In this document: positions 1 through 9,969 of the stretch, piece after piece
Numbering within the stretch: the first letter of the stretch is position 1
Layout of the letters: every line of letters starts with the position of its first letter
Source of the DNA: an uncultured bacterium
GTDB taxonomy: Bacteria; Patescibacteriota; Minisyncoccia; UBA6257; 2-01-FULL-56-20
Length of the DNA stretch: 64,000 nt
Assembly: GCA_963844965.1 (NCBI GenBank)
Contig: CAWJQC010000008.1
Coordinates: forward strand, 92,185 to 156,184
Direction: 5' to 3'
Made by a program: the position numbers and the translations under genes
Notes under the pieces: generated by a model
What the model was told of the DNA's origin: nothing
Database searches by the model: none
The model's input: only the letters and a program-made list of their open reading frames with translations

Positions 1-1488
1 TTTCCTTATGAGCCGCAGTTCCGTTTCGCCGCGGAGCTCGCGCAGGTCAACTTCGCCAATCTCTCCGGCTTTCTTTTTAATGCTCATAAGGCGCGCGTAA
101 GTATATTGGAGATATGGCGCGCTGTCGCCCGTCAAGTCCAGCATTTTTTTCCAGTCAAAAACGATATCCGTCATGCGGTTTTCTTTGAGGTCGTTGTACT
201 TCAGGGCGCCAACGCCGACCACTTCCGCGATCTTCCGTTTTTCCTCATCGGACGGGCCCTCGGCGGCTTTTTCATAACGCTTGAGGGATTTCTCGTCCAC
301 AACGTCGCGCGCAAGCGTAATCGCTTTCTCCAAGACGTCCGCAAGTAAAATCGTTTTGCCCTCGCGCGTCGCCAATTTTTTGCCAGCTTCGCCGAGAACC
401 AAGCCGTATTTAACGTGCATTAACTCGGCCCCGTCCAACCCCACGATCTTCGCTATCGCGAAAAGCTGTTCAAAGTGCAGCGACTGTTCGTTTCCTACGA
501 CATACAAAATCTTGGCCGGCTTGTATTTCGTCAGGCGGTAATTAAGGTTAGCGATGTCGCGCGTGAGATATAGGCTTGCCCCGTCCGACTTCCGCACCAG
601 CGCCGTCGGCAGGTGAAAACTTTCCAGATTGACGATTAAGGCGCCCGCACTTTCCTGCGCGATGCCCCGCTCCTCCAGATTCTCAAGGAGCGGCTTCAAA
701 TCCTTCTCAAAAAAGCTCTCGCCGATCCACTCGTCAAATTCAATTCCAAGGACTTTATACGTCTTCTTGAGCTCCTTTATGGATTCTTCCCGGAACAGTT
801 CCCACAATTTCCTGTTTTCATTGTCGCCCTCCTCAAGTTTCTTGAATTCTTCCTGCCCGCGTTTTTCCAGATCCAAATTATTTCCCAGTTCTTCGTGAAA
901 ACGGACATAAAGTTTTTGCAATTCCTCAATCGGCCTTGTTCCCATCGCTCTCGCATCGCCCCACAATTTATAGGCGGCGATGATCTTGCCGAACTGCGTG
1001 CCCCAATCGCCCAGGTAGTTCCAGCGGACAACTTTGTAGCCCAAAAATTCAAAAATATTAGCGAGAGCGTCGCCGATGATCGTCGTCCTCAAATGCCCCA
1101 CGTGCATTAGCTTCGCGATATTCGGCTGCGAATATTCCGCGATAACCGTTTTCCATCCACCAATGGAACTTCTGCCGAACCTCTCAGCGTTCTCGTGGAT
1201 GCTTCCGAGCTCGTCCTGAAGCGCCTCGTTGCTTATCCAAAAATTCACGAACCCCGGCGGTGCCGTATCTGTTCTCTCAAAAAATCCCCGCGGTGCGCCG
1301 TTCCAAACGTTAATGGCGATTTCCCTAGCCAAATCAATTGCATTCCTGCCGTTTTTTTTCGCGAGCCGCAGAGCCAAATTAGTGGAATAGTGGCCAAATT
1401 CTTCCCTCTCCGGGACAAAAACGTCAATAACCTCGGCGTCGGTGCCGGCAACCGCTCCTTTTATAATTTCCACGATTTTTTCCTTCAT
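1..1488 (-). CDS. argS: arginine--tRNA ligase, 3' end (C-terminus) beyond window start
   Basis: Minus-strand translation from the ATG (plus cat 1486-1488) gives an Arg-tRNA-synthetase N-domain. It is followed by ...IAEYSQPNIAKLMHVGHLRTTIIGDAL, the class-I HIGH motif context typical of ArgRS. The ORF is open to position 1. Confidence 0.85.
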   Translation of the reverse strand, partial: MKEKIVEIIKGAVAGTDAEVIDVFVPEREEFGHYSTNLALRLAKKNGRNAIDLAREIAINVWNGAPRGFFERTDTAPPGFVNFWISNEALQDELGSIHENAERFGRSSIGGWKTVIAEYSQPNIAKLMHVGHLRTTIIGDALANIFEFLGYKVVRWNYLGDWGTQFGKIIAAYKLWGDARAMGTRPIEELQKLYVRFHEELGNNLDLEKRGQEEFKKLEEGDNENRKLWELFREESIKELKKTYKVLGIEFDEWIGESFFEKDLKPLLENLEERGIAQESAGALIVNLESFHLPTALVRKSDGASLYLTRDIANLNYRLTKYKPAKILYVVGNEQSLHFEQLFAIAKIVGLDGAELMHVKYGLVLGEAGKKLATREGKTILLADVLEKAITLARDVVDEKSLKRYEKAAEGPSDEEKRKIAEVVGVGALKYNDLKENRMTDIVFDWKKMLDLTGDSAPYLQYTYARLMSIKKKAGEIGEVDLRELRGETELRLIRK

Positions 1489-1599
1489 TTCCGGTCAATC
1501 CAACTCATTACAATACTTATTCTAACCGACAACCGCCAAAAAAAACACCACCGACAGGACGGCCTAGAACAGCGCCGTCCCTGCCACGGCACGGACAAA

Positions 1600-2397
1600 C
1601 TATATTTTCACGGCGACCAATGCCCTTTCCCTAAAAAATTCGTCGTTATTTTTATTAGCTTTCTGCAGCAGCGTCATAGCGGCATAAATTTTTTTCTTAT
1701 CAAACGAGAAAAGTGCCTTCCGGAATCCGAGGTCGGACAAATACATCTCAAACCCGTCGGTCGCGAGCAGATAGACGGCATTTTTTCTCAAGTTCGCTTT
1801 TCCATAGCGAACGTAAATTTCGGCCGCCCTCTCGCCCGTGACGACGCCATATCCCTTTTTCTCTCCCCGCGCTCCGACCGCGTTTCTGAAAACCGTGCGC
1901 AAAAGGAAGGTTCTATCCATCTCGGAGTAGCGGGACAAGTCAAATCCGTGGTGGTGAGTGTGGTCGCGATTCCAAAATAATAACCTTCCATCGGGGCCGA
2001 TCGCAGCGACGCCGGCATCGCAGATATTTCCATATTCAACCCGACGACTGCAAATCCGAAGGAAAGCCGCCGTCGCGGCGTAGTAGCAACTCGCGTTTTG
2101 GAAAACGGAATATTTATCACGATTTTTATTGAAAATAAACACGCTGCGGTTTGCCTTTCTGAACGCGTTTTTTAACATTCCGCGCCTAGCGTTGCGGACA
2201 AACACGTCACAAAATTTCTGCGCGAGTTTTCCCGCCGGCGACGGACGGGGATATTTCTTCTTGTATTCGATTCCCTTGTATAGGTGAACTCCGTCCGCCA
2301 CAGCAAAAATTTTATTCTTGGCGTCAACTACCCAAGCGTCTTCTTTCGGAAGGCGTGGTCGATGAGTATGCGGAAAATAAAGTTGAATAATTTTCAT
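1600..2397 (-). CDS. PP2C/SpoIIE-like Ser/Thr phosphatase domain protein (putative)
   Basis: 265-aa ORF with FAVADGVH...LLATDGF motifs reminiscent of PPM-family phosphatases. ATGA overlap with the downstream gene. Confidence 0.4.
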   Translation of the reverse strand: MKIIQLYFPHTHRPRLPKEDAWVVDAKNKIFAVADGVHLYKGIEYKKKYPRPSPAGKLAQKFCDVFVRNARRGMLKNAFRKANRSVFIFNKNRDKYSVFQNASCYYAATAAFLRICSRRVEYGNICDAGVAAIGPDGRLLFWNRDHTHHHGFDLSRYSEMDRTFLLRTVFRNAVGARGEKKGYGVVTGERAAEIYVRYGKANLRKNAVYLLATDGFEMYLSDLGFRKALFSFDKKKIYAAMTLLQKANKNNDEFFRERALVAVKI

Positions 2398-3029
2398 TTG
2401 CGCCGTTTATAAAGATAATGTCCCAAAGCCCAGGCTCTCGTGCCAGGAGGCTTAATTTTGGTAATACGTTTCCCATCTTTAAACATTTCTTTCTGGACTA
2501 TAAATTTTTTACGCAACGCCTCTTTCCATGCGCGTGTTGGCCCTTTTCCCCAGTTGAACCAGGGAGTAAGGTCATCAATCACAATCAGAGAATCTTTGTC
2601 GCAAAGCAGCCTGAAATTAGTGATGTCGGATTTGGCCACTACGTAATCATGTCCGCCGTCTATAAAAACTAAGTCGAAATGAGCATGAGGGTGCTTCTTT
2701 TTAAACTGGGATATGGTTTTTTTAGAGTCCCCATAAATTAACGTGTGTCGTCCGGGAAACTTTCTGTCAACAAATGCCTTGGCGGTTTTTGTATATGGAT
2801 GATCTCCGGTATCGAATGAGATTACCTTGGCGTTGGGTTTTGCCCCTAGGAAGGCATAACTAGAGAAACCAGCATTGAATCCAGTTTCTCCGATAAAGCG
2901 CACATTGTATCGCCGCACCAATCCTATAAGGTAATTGAGTTCTTGTGGGGAGGTAGACCCCTCTGTTACTACATACCCTTTTTTCTTTAAATAGCCAACG
3001 ATTTTTTTGATCTCTTTTTTGATAGACAT
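2394..3029 (-). CDS. class I SAM-dependent O-methyltransferase (family 3-like)
   Basis: 211 aa; IGETGFNAGFSS glycine-rich SAM loop and FIDGGH motif. Confidence 0.55.
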   Translation of the reverse strand: MSIKKEIKKIVGYLKKKGYVVTEGSTSPQELNYLIGLVRRYNVRFIGETGFNAGFSSYAFLGAKPNAKVISFDTGDHPYTKTAKAFVDRKFPGRHTLIYGDSKKTISQFKKKHPHAHFDLVFIDGGHDYVVAKSDITNFRLLCDKDSLIVIDDLTPWFNWGKGPTRAWKEALRKKFIVQKEMFKDGKRITKIKPPGTRAWALGHYLYKRRK

Positions 3030-3032
3030 GTT

Positions 3033-3926
3033 TCAGTCATGAGAAATCTTATCGGGATTTTGTTGGCCACCGTTGTTTAACTTATAGAAATTTTCAAATA
3101 CTTTGGCGACCAGAATCGGGCCGGTGCCGCCCGGAGTGGGAGTGTAAAACGACAATGACGATAATAATGACGAAGACACATCCAGATCGCCGACCAATTT
3201 GCCTTTTTCCGCGTCGGTCTGCGTCAAGTCCGCGTTTGTCTGCGACGGCGCGGGCGCCGTATCATAGCCGAAATCAATCACGCCCGCGCCGGATTTGAGC
3301 ATTTCCGGTTTTATAAGGCCGGCTTTTCCGACCCCCGTTATTACAAGGTCCGCGTTTTTGAGCAAAGAAAAATCGCTGCCACGATGCAAAAGATGAAGTC
3401 CCTTAACTTTTCTCATTAGCCATGTTGAGATCGGTTTCCCCACAAGCGGGCCGAGGCCGACAATGGCAACGGTGGCAGTTGAAAGTTGAAGGTTGAAAGT
3501 TGAAAGGATTTTTTCAACGACGCCGACAGCCGGCGGCACGACAGGATTCCGGTCAGCGTAGAAGGCACCTAGGGCACGCTCGCCCAAAATGTCAACGTCC
3601 TTCTCGCGCGGAATGACATTCAAGATGTACTGGGCATTCACGTGTTCCGGCAAAGGCAGCTGCACGATCACTCCGCCGCAGGTTTTGTGTTCGGAAATTT
3701 TCTGGACCTCATCGCGCAATTCGTCGTTTTTGATATCGGGCGGAAATTTATACAAACGGAAATCAACGCCGAGCTCTTTAGCCGCTTTTTCCTTTTGTTT
3801 TATGAAACTTGCGGAGCTCAGATCGTCGCCGACCAAAAATACTGCCAAGAATTTTTTTGGCGCTGTCTGGGACTTCAATTTTGTCAAAATCTCCGAAGCG
3901 ATTTTTTTACCATCAATCACAATCAT
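3033..3926 (-). CDS. folD: bifunctional methylenetetrahydrofolate dehydrogenase/cyclohydrolase
   Basis: MIVIDGKKIASEI...VQLPLPEH...VGKPIS signature regions. The ATG at plus 3924-3926 was chosen over the longer track ORF. Confidence 0.85.
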   Translation of the reverse strand: MIVIDGKKIASEILTKLKSQTAPKKFLAVFLVGDDLSSASFIKQKEKAAKELGVDFRLYKFPPDIKNDELRDEVQKISEHKTCGGVIVQLPLPEHVNAQYILNVIPREKDVDILGERALGAFYADRNPVVPPAVGVVEKILSTFNLQLSTATVAIVGLGPLVGKPISTWLMRKVKGLHLLHRGSDFSLLKNADLVITGVGKAGLIKPEMLKSGAGVIDFGYDTAPAPSQTNADLTQTDAEKGKLVGDLDVSSSLLSSLSFYTPTPGGTGPILVAKVFENFYKLNNGGQQNPDKISHD

Positions 3927-4105
3927 CAATTTATTATAACAATAAATAATAGAGGCCGGATCAAGAATCCGGCCCTGGCACCGTGTGGGCTTGTTTGGCC
4001 AGACACAACACAACTCTATCCAAAAGCATCTTAGCTTTCGGTTCTTTCCCCTTCTTTGACTGGAAATCCGTTGAGTAAAGATTGAGAAAATTGCCAGGCC
4101 AGCCG

Positions 4106-4479
4106 TCAATGCAAAGTCGCGCTACTATCCATTTTCCCGGAAGATCTTTCGTCCATAACAACGGCCTGCTCGCGTTCTTCGCCGAATTCCTCTTCCACCT
4201 CAACATCTCCCTCCTCTGTTTCCTCGGGCCCCGCAAAAAATAAATCTGTTTCGTAGTTAGTGAACTTGTGCAAAATACCGTTGAGGGACCATTACGAATA
4301 TAGGCGCTGAAAAGCTCCCGGCCGTCGGCGCGCCTGAACTTATTTGAAAGAGAAAGGCACAGATCTTTGAACCCGGAAATGAAACGCTGCAGTTCCGGCG
4401 ATGGATTCGTAAAATCGGCCGGAATAATGTCTGGGACCTCTATTATTACTTTCAAAACGACCTCCGCTTGATGGAACAA
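4106..4479 (-). CDS. hypothetical protein with apparent -1/+1 frameshift near 4275-4290 (acidic C-terminal tail in the alternate frame)
   Basis: The N-part MFHQAEVVLKVIIEVPD...SAYIRN continues in a second frame as ...LNGILHKFTNYETDLFFAGPEETEEGDVEVEEEFGEEREQAVVMDERSSGK...*. The track ORF tail looks non-coding. Confidence 0.3.
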
Positions 4480-4536
4480 GATTCTGGAAACAAGAATACA
4501 AAATTTACCGGATTATTTCAAGTTGGTTTCTAAGGA

Positions 4537-5776
4537 TCAATGTTTTAATGGGAATTTCCTGCAGAGTTTTTTCACCGCGCCGTTCACATTCCTGTTTTGC
4601 GCCAAAACTTCGTCTATCAGCCGCGCGACCTCCTTCATCTCTTTTTCTTTCATGCCGCGTGTCGTGAGAGACGGCGTGCCGATTCTTATTCCCGACGGGT
4701 CAAAGGGCGGCCTGGTGTCGTAAGGCACCGTATTTCTGTTCACAATAATGCTATTCCGCTCCAGACGATCCTGCGCTTCGCGGCCGGAAATTCCGAAATT
4801 CGTGAGGTCAATAAGCATCAGGTGATTTTCCGTACCGCCAGAGACAAGATTGAAACCACGATGGACGAGTTCACGGGCAAGAGTGCCGGCGTTTTTAACT
4901 ATCTGCCTACCGTACTTTTTGAAGGACGGCTGCATAGCTTCGTAGAGGCACGCAGCGATGGCGGCGGTTTGGTTGTCGTGCGGTCCGCCCTGAAGCGCCG
5001 GGAACACCGCCCTGTCAATTTCCTTGCCGATGTCAATTTTCTTCTTAAGGGCAAGCGGCGATACTCTGATTGGCGAAAATCAGCGCGCCGCGCGGTCCGC
5101 GCAGGGTCTTGTGCGTAGTCGTGGTCACGACATCGGCGTAAGGAAACGGCGAGGGATGCGCACCAGCGGCGACGAGACCGGCAATGTGAGCCACGTCCAC
5201 GAGAAGATAAGCGCCAACCTCGCGGGCTATCTTCCCGAATTTTTTGAAATCAAACTTTCTTGTATAAGCGGTCGCGCCGGCAACGATAATCTGCGGACGC
5301 TCTTTGCGCGCCATTTTTCTCACTACTTCGTAATCAATGAAGCCGTTGCGGTCAACGGAATACTGCGCGGACTTGTAAAATCGCGCGGAAAAATTCACCT
5401 TCCAGCCGTGCGTCAAGTGACCGCCGAAGGGAAGCGACATTCCCATGATTTTTTCTCCCGGCCGGAGCAGGGCGTAATAGACAGCCATATTCGCCGGCGA
5501 ACCGGAATACGGCTGAACGTTCACATGCCAATTTTTACCAAGATGGAAAACTTTCCTTGCCCTCTCCTGCGCCAATAACTCAATCTCATCAATCACCGAA
5601 TTGCCCGCGTAGTATCTCTTACCCGGGTAACCCTCGGAATATTTGTTGGTTAGCGCGGACCCCAGTGCCCCGAGCACTCCGGCCGAAACGATATTCTCCG
5701 AGGGAATCAAGTCCAGAGTGTCGTTCTGACGCCGCGTTTCTTTTTTGATTAAATTTTCCACAATCTTGTCGCGCAT
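4537..5776 (-). CDS. glyA: serine hydroxymethyltransferase, split by a single frameshift near 5045-5075
   Basis: The 5045..5776 ORF matches the SHMT N-terminal two-thirds (…[18 protein letters not shown]). In the adjacent frame the sequence continues …[29 protein letters not shown]… into ORF 4537..5007 (…[16 protein letters not shown]…). Confidence 0.85.
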
Positions 5777-5853
5777 TCGTTAATTTTACACTTTTGCGCG
5801 CAGGAAAACAAAACAGCGCACGCGGTGGCGTGCGCCAATTCTCAAATATCCCC

Positions 5854-6219
5854 CTATTCATCACATGCGACAAGGCCCACGAAGAAAAGAAATGTAATCA
5901 TTATGGAATAAGCGGCTATTCCGATGAGAATGGAATAAAGAAGTGACAGCGGCGGCGCGGCGGAGGATATTTTAGAAAAAGCCATGCCGCTTGCGATCGC
6001 CGGCGCGAGCATCGTCGTGGCCAAGAGTCCAAGAACTGCCGATGTCTCAATGTCTTCCATCAGCAATCCACCAAAGGTGAATGCCCCATGAATCATTTTA
6101 TACATAAATCTGGCTCCACGGATATTTAGCAGGTCCACGGCGAATACCAGGACGAAGGGAGCAATGACGCAAAGAGGAATTACCCACCTTAGCGCAACAA
6201 AAAAATTAAGCCAGAACAT
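5854..6219 (-). CDS. hypothetical membrane protein
   Basis: 121 aa, several hydrophobic helices. Confidence 0.4.
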   Translation of the reverse strand: MFWLNFFVALRWVIPLCVIAPFVLVFAVDLLNIRGARFMYKMIHGAFTFGGLLMEDIETSAVLGLLATTMLAPAIASGMAFSKISSAAPPLSLLYSILIGIAAYSIMITFLFFVGLVACDE

Positions 6220-6372
6220 AGCAATGCCTCCACTTAGCTAATAATCAAGCTAAAAACTAAGTAGTATGATAATCGCCTTGCGTAAAAATGTCAAGTACGC
6301 CACGAAAGCCAACTGATACCGCGACATAATTGTGATGCGGCATTGGTTTGATGACGGTTCGGACAGCTTCGC

Positions 6373-6900
6373 CTAGGCGATATTCACTTCGCCCTCGTTC
6401 ACGCGCTCCGGTATCTCCTCGGAAAACGTCCGGAACAATTCACCGCGCCATTCTGGCTTCTCTTTATATTCCACAACTTCCACTCCGGCCGCCCGTAACA
6501 TATCCAACGTTTTGGAATTGCGGTAAATCTTCCCAACGACCATCCGCTTCACGCCGCAAGCGATGGCATACTTGGCGCAATGGATGCATGGAGCATATTT
6601 GCTGTACATGACGGAGCCGACGGTATCTATATTGCCCTGGATCGCCGCCTGCAGAAGCACGTTATGCTCGCCGTGTATGGTGCGGACACAGTGGCCTTCT
6701 TCCATGAGATGACCGACGTCGTTGCAGTGCGGCAAACCGGGCGGAGCACCGTTGTAACCGGTGGCTATAATCCGGTTGTTTTTGATAAGTATCGCACCCG
6801 AATAAAGGCGATCGCAGGTGCCGCGCGTGGCCACCAGCTTCGCGATGGCCATAAAATAATCATCCCAGGACGGCCGATAATGTTTTCTTTCTTCCGGCAT
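6373..6900 (-). CDS. dCMP deaminase (ComEB/deoxycytidylate deaminase family)
   Basis: HGEHN zinc-binding motif plus PCIHCAK (PCxxC) motif of the CMP/dCMP deaminase fold. Confidence 0.8.
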   Translation of the reverse strand: MPEERKHYRPSWDDYFMAIAKLVATRGTCDRLYSGAILIKNNRIIATGYNGAPPGLPHCNDVGHLMEEGHCVRTIHGEHNVLLQAAIQGNIDTVGSVMYSKYAPCIHCAKYAIACGVKRMVVGKIYRNSKTLDMLRAAGVEVVEYKEKPEWRGELFRTFSEEIPERVNEGEVNIA

Positions 6901-7047
6901 GGTTTTTTTTGTAGTGGATTTTAATTATTTTACTTTGTCAGATCCTGAACCGCAATGCCAACCCCGCCTGCGCTGCTTTTAACGGAACGGAATCCGGTCG
7001 CTCAACGAAAGCATTGGCCTATCCTACGATTCTACAATCTTTCGCGG

Positions 7048-7084
7048 GAAAACAAAACCCGCTTCTCAAATTTGAGAAACGGGG
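7048..7084 (-). terminator. Rho-independent terminator (perfect 16-bp palindrome TTCTCAAATTTGAGAA in a GC-clamped stem, then U-run on the minus strand)
   Basis: CCCGcTTCTCAAATTTGAGAAaCGGGG followed on the minus strand by TTTTGTTTTCC, downstream of the 7101..7349 ORF. Confidence 0.6.
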
Positions 7085-7100
7085 TCGGAGGTGGCCGGTT

Positions 7101-7349
7101 TTAGCCGATAATACCCGCGCCGAAGATCGGCGCCTTGGGATTGCCCAGCCAGACCGCAAGCATGAAGACAGTGAGTAGGATGGCAATAAGCAGAAGCAGC
7201 AAGCTTGTGGTAGCGGAGCCTGTGGTAGTGGGTTCCGACTTCAAAATCGGCATCGGTGGTATACGAAAAGACAAGAAGGCAAAAATGAGGGAAGCCAACA
7301 CTATGATCGCGATGCGCACCAAGATTGACGGGCAAAACAAATCCTCCAT
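7101..7349 (-). CDS. small hydrophobic protein (hypothetical)
   Basis: 82 aa, two predicted TM segments. Preferred over the overlapping plus-strand ORF because a terminator follows it. Confidence 0.3.
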   Translation of the reverse strand: MEDLFCPSILVRIAIIVLASLIFAFLSFRIPPMPILKSEPTTTGSATTSLLLLLIAILLTVFMLAVWLGNPKAPIFGAGIIG

Positions 7350-7416
7350 CGGTCACCTCGCCTACAGAATTCAACCACGGAACTAGTTTGACTATAAAGC
7401 GGTAAGTTGCGTCGTG

Positions 7417-8346
7417 TCAAATGCAACCGCCGAAAGTGAAGGCATACGCCCGCAGTCCACGGTCTTTCGCGAAAATTATGAGCTCGCCGCGCGGGGGAGC
7501 CGCCAACGGTCCGCCACCGAAGTCCTTCGCGTTCGCGAGATTGTACATTTTAGTTTCACTTACCTCCAATTCCTTCAAAAGTTTTCCGTCAAGCTCCACG
7601 CGGACCTTTGCAGCGCGCTCGCCATCCGCTCCCATCACGAGATTAATTTCCATCGCTTCAAAATTGAGCGACAGATAATCAACGAATTCTTCGGTTTTCC
7701 TTTCGTACTCAATATATTCCGGATAAACTTTCCAATCACCGGAGAAATTCCAGGTTTTTCCGGCGCGGCCGCGCATCGTACCGAGATAGGTTTCCGGCGT
7801 GGTTGGATAACAAACCCCGCCTTCGCCCTCCGTGGCCTTGACAACGGAGGGCAACTTCTCCCCCGGGTTAATTTCCGAAAGCGCCTTTCGGATTGCCTCT
7901 TCGGTCTCCGCATAAGCTCCCTCTCCGGCATGCTCGTATACTGCTTGGCCATCTTTATTTATCAAAAATTTATGCGGCCAGGAGTTATTGGAATATAAAC
8001 TCCAAATTTGATAGTCGCTATCCATCACGACAGGATATTCAATTCCGAATTCCTTTATGGCCCTCGCGACGTTTTCAACATTCTTCTCAAATTCAAATTC
8101 TGGAGTATGCACGCCAACGATCACGAGACCGAATTTTGCGTATTTATCGTGCCAGCTTCTTATGTGCGGCAGGGTACGGATGCAGTTCACGCAGGAATAG
8201 GTCCAAAAATCCACAAGCACGACATGCTTGCCGCGCAAATCTTTCATACTAAGGCGCTGTTCGCCGCCCAATCCCCCGCCGCTGGGCAAAAGGCCGGCGG
8301 GTAAGTTGAACCAGCGCAAATTTGGAGGAAACTCCGGTGAATGCAT
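7417..8346 (-). CDS. thioredoxin-fold (redoxin/AhpC-TSA-like) protein with C-terminal extension
   Basis: VVLVDFWTYSCVNC CxxC active-site context, 309 aa. Confidence 0.65.
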   Translation of the reverse strand: MHSPEFPPNLRWFNLPAGLLPSGGGLGGEQRLSMKDLRGKHVVLVDFWTYSCVNCIRTLPHIRSWHDKYAKFGLVIVGVHTPEFEFEKNVENVARAIKEFGIEYPVVMDSDYQIWSLYSNNSWPHKFLINKDGQAVYEHAGEGAYAETEEAIRKALSEINPGEKLPSVVKATEGEGGVCYPTTPETYLGTMRGRAGKTWNFSGDWKVYPEYIEYERKTEEFVDYLSLNFEAMEINLVMGADGERAAKVRVELDGKLLKELEVSETKMYNLANAKDFGGGPLAAPPRGELIIFAKDRGLRAYAFTFGGCI

Positions 8347-8370
8347 TGTTTAAATATTAATTTGAACCGC

Positions 8371-8411
8371 GAAAAAAAACAAACACCCCTGCGCGCTACG
8401 CGTCAGGGGTG
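8371..8411 (-). terminator. Rho-independent terminator overlapping the stop codon
   Basis: CACCCCTGcgcgctacgcgtCAGGGGTG stem followed by TTTGTTTTTTTT on the minus strand. Confidence 0.65.
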
Positions 8412-8912
8412 AAACTTCCTGATGATTCTCACCGAAAAGTCGGCCGCAAAAAATTCCTTGTCCCTCGGGCACTTTTTCCCATATGCCTCGGGGTTGGTTT
8501 GATAATCCACGATGTGGCCGACTTCATGGAACAAATCGCCCACCGTCGCGTCCTCCTGAAGGATAATCTCATTAGTGTCGGGCCAGCAGAACGATGTGCT
8601 TGATTCTTCAATGCCAACGCGGTAGCAGAGATACAGGTACGGCCGTAAAAATGTCTTTCGCATGTCCTTCGGCAGAATATAAACGCGCGGGACATCCAGG
8701 TTGCCAAGGCCGGCGCGCGTCAAACCACCGTGAGCGATAAATTCCTTCGTGCTGTCGCGACGCAAGAGAAAACCCGGATTGGAAATAATGCTGAAGCCGA
8801 CAGTGACGTAAAAAAAGGCAAAGATTATGCACGCGTAGACCGGACCGCGAAACAAATCGGGCAGCGGCTTGGCCAAAAAATCAAACCAGAGCCAGCGCAG
8901 GGATTTTTTCAT
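8403..8912 (-). CDS. membrane-anchored putative Zn-metallopeptidase (HExxH)
   Basis: 169 aa, N-terminal TM segment, HEVGH motif. Confidence 0.5.
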   Translation of the reverse strand: MKKSLRWLWFDFLAKPLPDLFRGPVYACIIFAFFYVTVGFSIISNPGFLLRRDSTKEFIAHGGLTRAGLGNLDVPRVYILPKDMRKTFLRPYLYLCYRVGIEESSTSFCWPDTNEIILQEDATVGDLFHEVGHIVDYQTNPEAYGKKCPRDKEFFAADFSVRIIRKFHP

Positions 8913-9087
8913 GAACCACCTCGGTTTATATGTCCTCAGGATCCTATTCTTAGATTACCACTATTTGAAACAAAATCTACCGCACGGCTCCATGGTCCGT
9001 GCCTGTATATCACATGGCAGATACTGCGCAAAAATCAAAAATCTTGTACAATACAGGTCAGCAACTATAAAAACAAGGAGGTGTTTC

Positions 9088-9417
9088 GTGGCGGAGGAAA
9101 AAAATAATAAGCAGAAACTCGCTGCTATCATCGCGTATGTAAGAAAACGGCGGAGGGAATCCAGAATAAAAATCGGCGTACCCCAGCCGCAAACCTCATG
9201 CTGGGGCGGTGGCATAGGAGAATTCGGCAATCTTGTTGAACTTAGTTTACCGTACAGACACGAAGAAGAATGGGATGAGCTCAAGGACCAGGAAACCCTT
9301 GACGGCGTACACCGGTATGTTTCCTATAAACCGCCAAAAAAACCAGAAAAAATGAAGGGAGCCGCAATTAGCGGCCCTTTTTATTTTTTTTGGAGGTGCC
9401 TCACCCGAGGACGTTAG
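9088..9417 (+). CDS. hypothetical small protein (GTG start; 3' end uncertain, ORF runs through a terminator hairpin)
   Basis: Sigma70-like promoter TTGTAC-16-TATAAA (9044-9071) and RBS AAGGAGG precede GTG 9088. The longer track ORF 8869.. was rejected. Confidence 0.35.
   Translation: MAEEKNNKQKLAAIIAYVRKRRRESRIKIGVPQPQTSCWGGGIGEFGNLVELSLPYRHEEEWDELKDQETLDGVHRYVSYKPPKKPEKMKGAAISGPFYFFWRCLTRGR
9361..9391 (+). terminator. Rho-independent terminator
   Basis: GCCGCaattaGCGGC then CCTTTTTATTTTTTTT. Confidence 0.6.
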
Positions 9418-9421
9418 AACC
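9395..9421 (+). repeat. E1 repeat copy a (GGTGCCTCACCCGAGGACGTTAGAACC), immediately 3' of a terminator
   Basis: One of four related ~27-nt copies at 9395, 10364, 11375 and 11685. Confidence 0.7.
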
Positions 9422-9456
9422 TGTTTTACAGAAATGGCCAGCAAATTGTGAGTCCG

Positions 9457-9480
9457 GCAGGTTCGAATCCTGTAGGGGTG
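9457..9480 (+). other. tRNA 3'-end-like fragment (T-arm GCAGG-TTCGAAT-CCTGT plus 3' acceptor strand), no matching 5' half
   Basis: Canonical T-loop TTCGAAT in a 5-bp stem followed by AGGGGTG. No complementary CACCCCT acceptor 5' strand was found upstream. Confidence 0.45.
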
Positions 9481-9497
9481 TCTGCTCCAGAACTGTG

Positions 9498-9533
9498 TTT
9501 GAGAGGAAAAACGATACGACGTATATATTCCGG
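9498..9533 (+). promoter_or_regulatory. E2 repeat copy a: conserved sigma70-like promoter (TTGAGA-17-TATATA)
   Basis: tttgagaggaaaaacgatacgacgtatatattccgg, near-identical to 10739-10775. Lies upstream of ORF 9657 with a ~120-nt structured leader. Confidence 0.55.
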
Positions 9534-9656
9534 GCCTAGGGCCAACCAACGAGTCGGCTGCCCGTCCTTGACGATTACCAGCTCCTTGTGCTTTCATCTA
9601 AATGGCTGGCGAGCCGCAAGCGAGCCAGACTACTTGACAAAGGAGGAAGTGGCCCA

Positions 9657-9950
9657 ATGAGAAACGGGAAACTTCTGCAAATTCCAGGTACTGAACTTTG
9701 GAACGGTTTGGAGGCTCTGCAGGTGGGGGGTGTCACGCCCAACCTGTGGCAGCGTCTCCGCTTAGATCTTTATTTTAGACGATATGCTGTCGAGATGATG
9801 GTCCAAGAGAACATACGCCACCCCGGCCTTTCCGAAGCGGTGGAAGGTTTCCATTACGACACCCCTCGCTCCAAACTCGCTAACGGACTTCGGGAAAGGG
9901 GTTTCTATGTTGTGAAAGGTGAGATACGTAGAGGCCCTCGAGCCACATAG
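9657..9950 (+). CDS. hypothetical protein (GC-rich cassette ORF 1)
   Basis: RBS AAGGAGG 8 nt upstream of ATG 9657; 97 aa. Confidence 0.45.
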   Translation: MRNGKLLQIPGTELWNGLEALQVGGVTPNLWQRLRLDLYFRRYAVEMMVQENIRHPGLSEAVEGFHYDTPRSKLANGLRERGFYVVKGEIRRGPRAT

Positions 9951-9969
9951 CACGTGGCCAGTACACGCA

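Noticed and set aside
1195-1980. 261-aa plus-strand ORF
   Set aside because: Antisense to argS and to the phosphatase gene; no motif; composition typical of a shadow ORF.
8869-9087. Long 182-aa version of the ORF starting at 8869
   Set aside because: The upstream part overlaps the metallopeptidase gene end and precedes the promoter/RBS found at 9044-9081. The GTG 9088 start is better supported.
9395-9485. Possible complete tRNA or tmRNA spanning E1a and the TTCGAAT T-arm
   Set aside because: No 5' acceptor strand complementary to AGGGGTG exists upstream; no D-arm or anticodon arm can be drawn; the 3' end lacks a proper CCA context. It was kept only as a tRNA 3'-end fragment.
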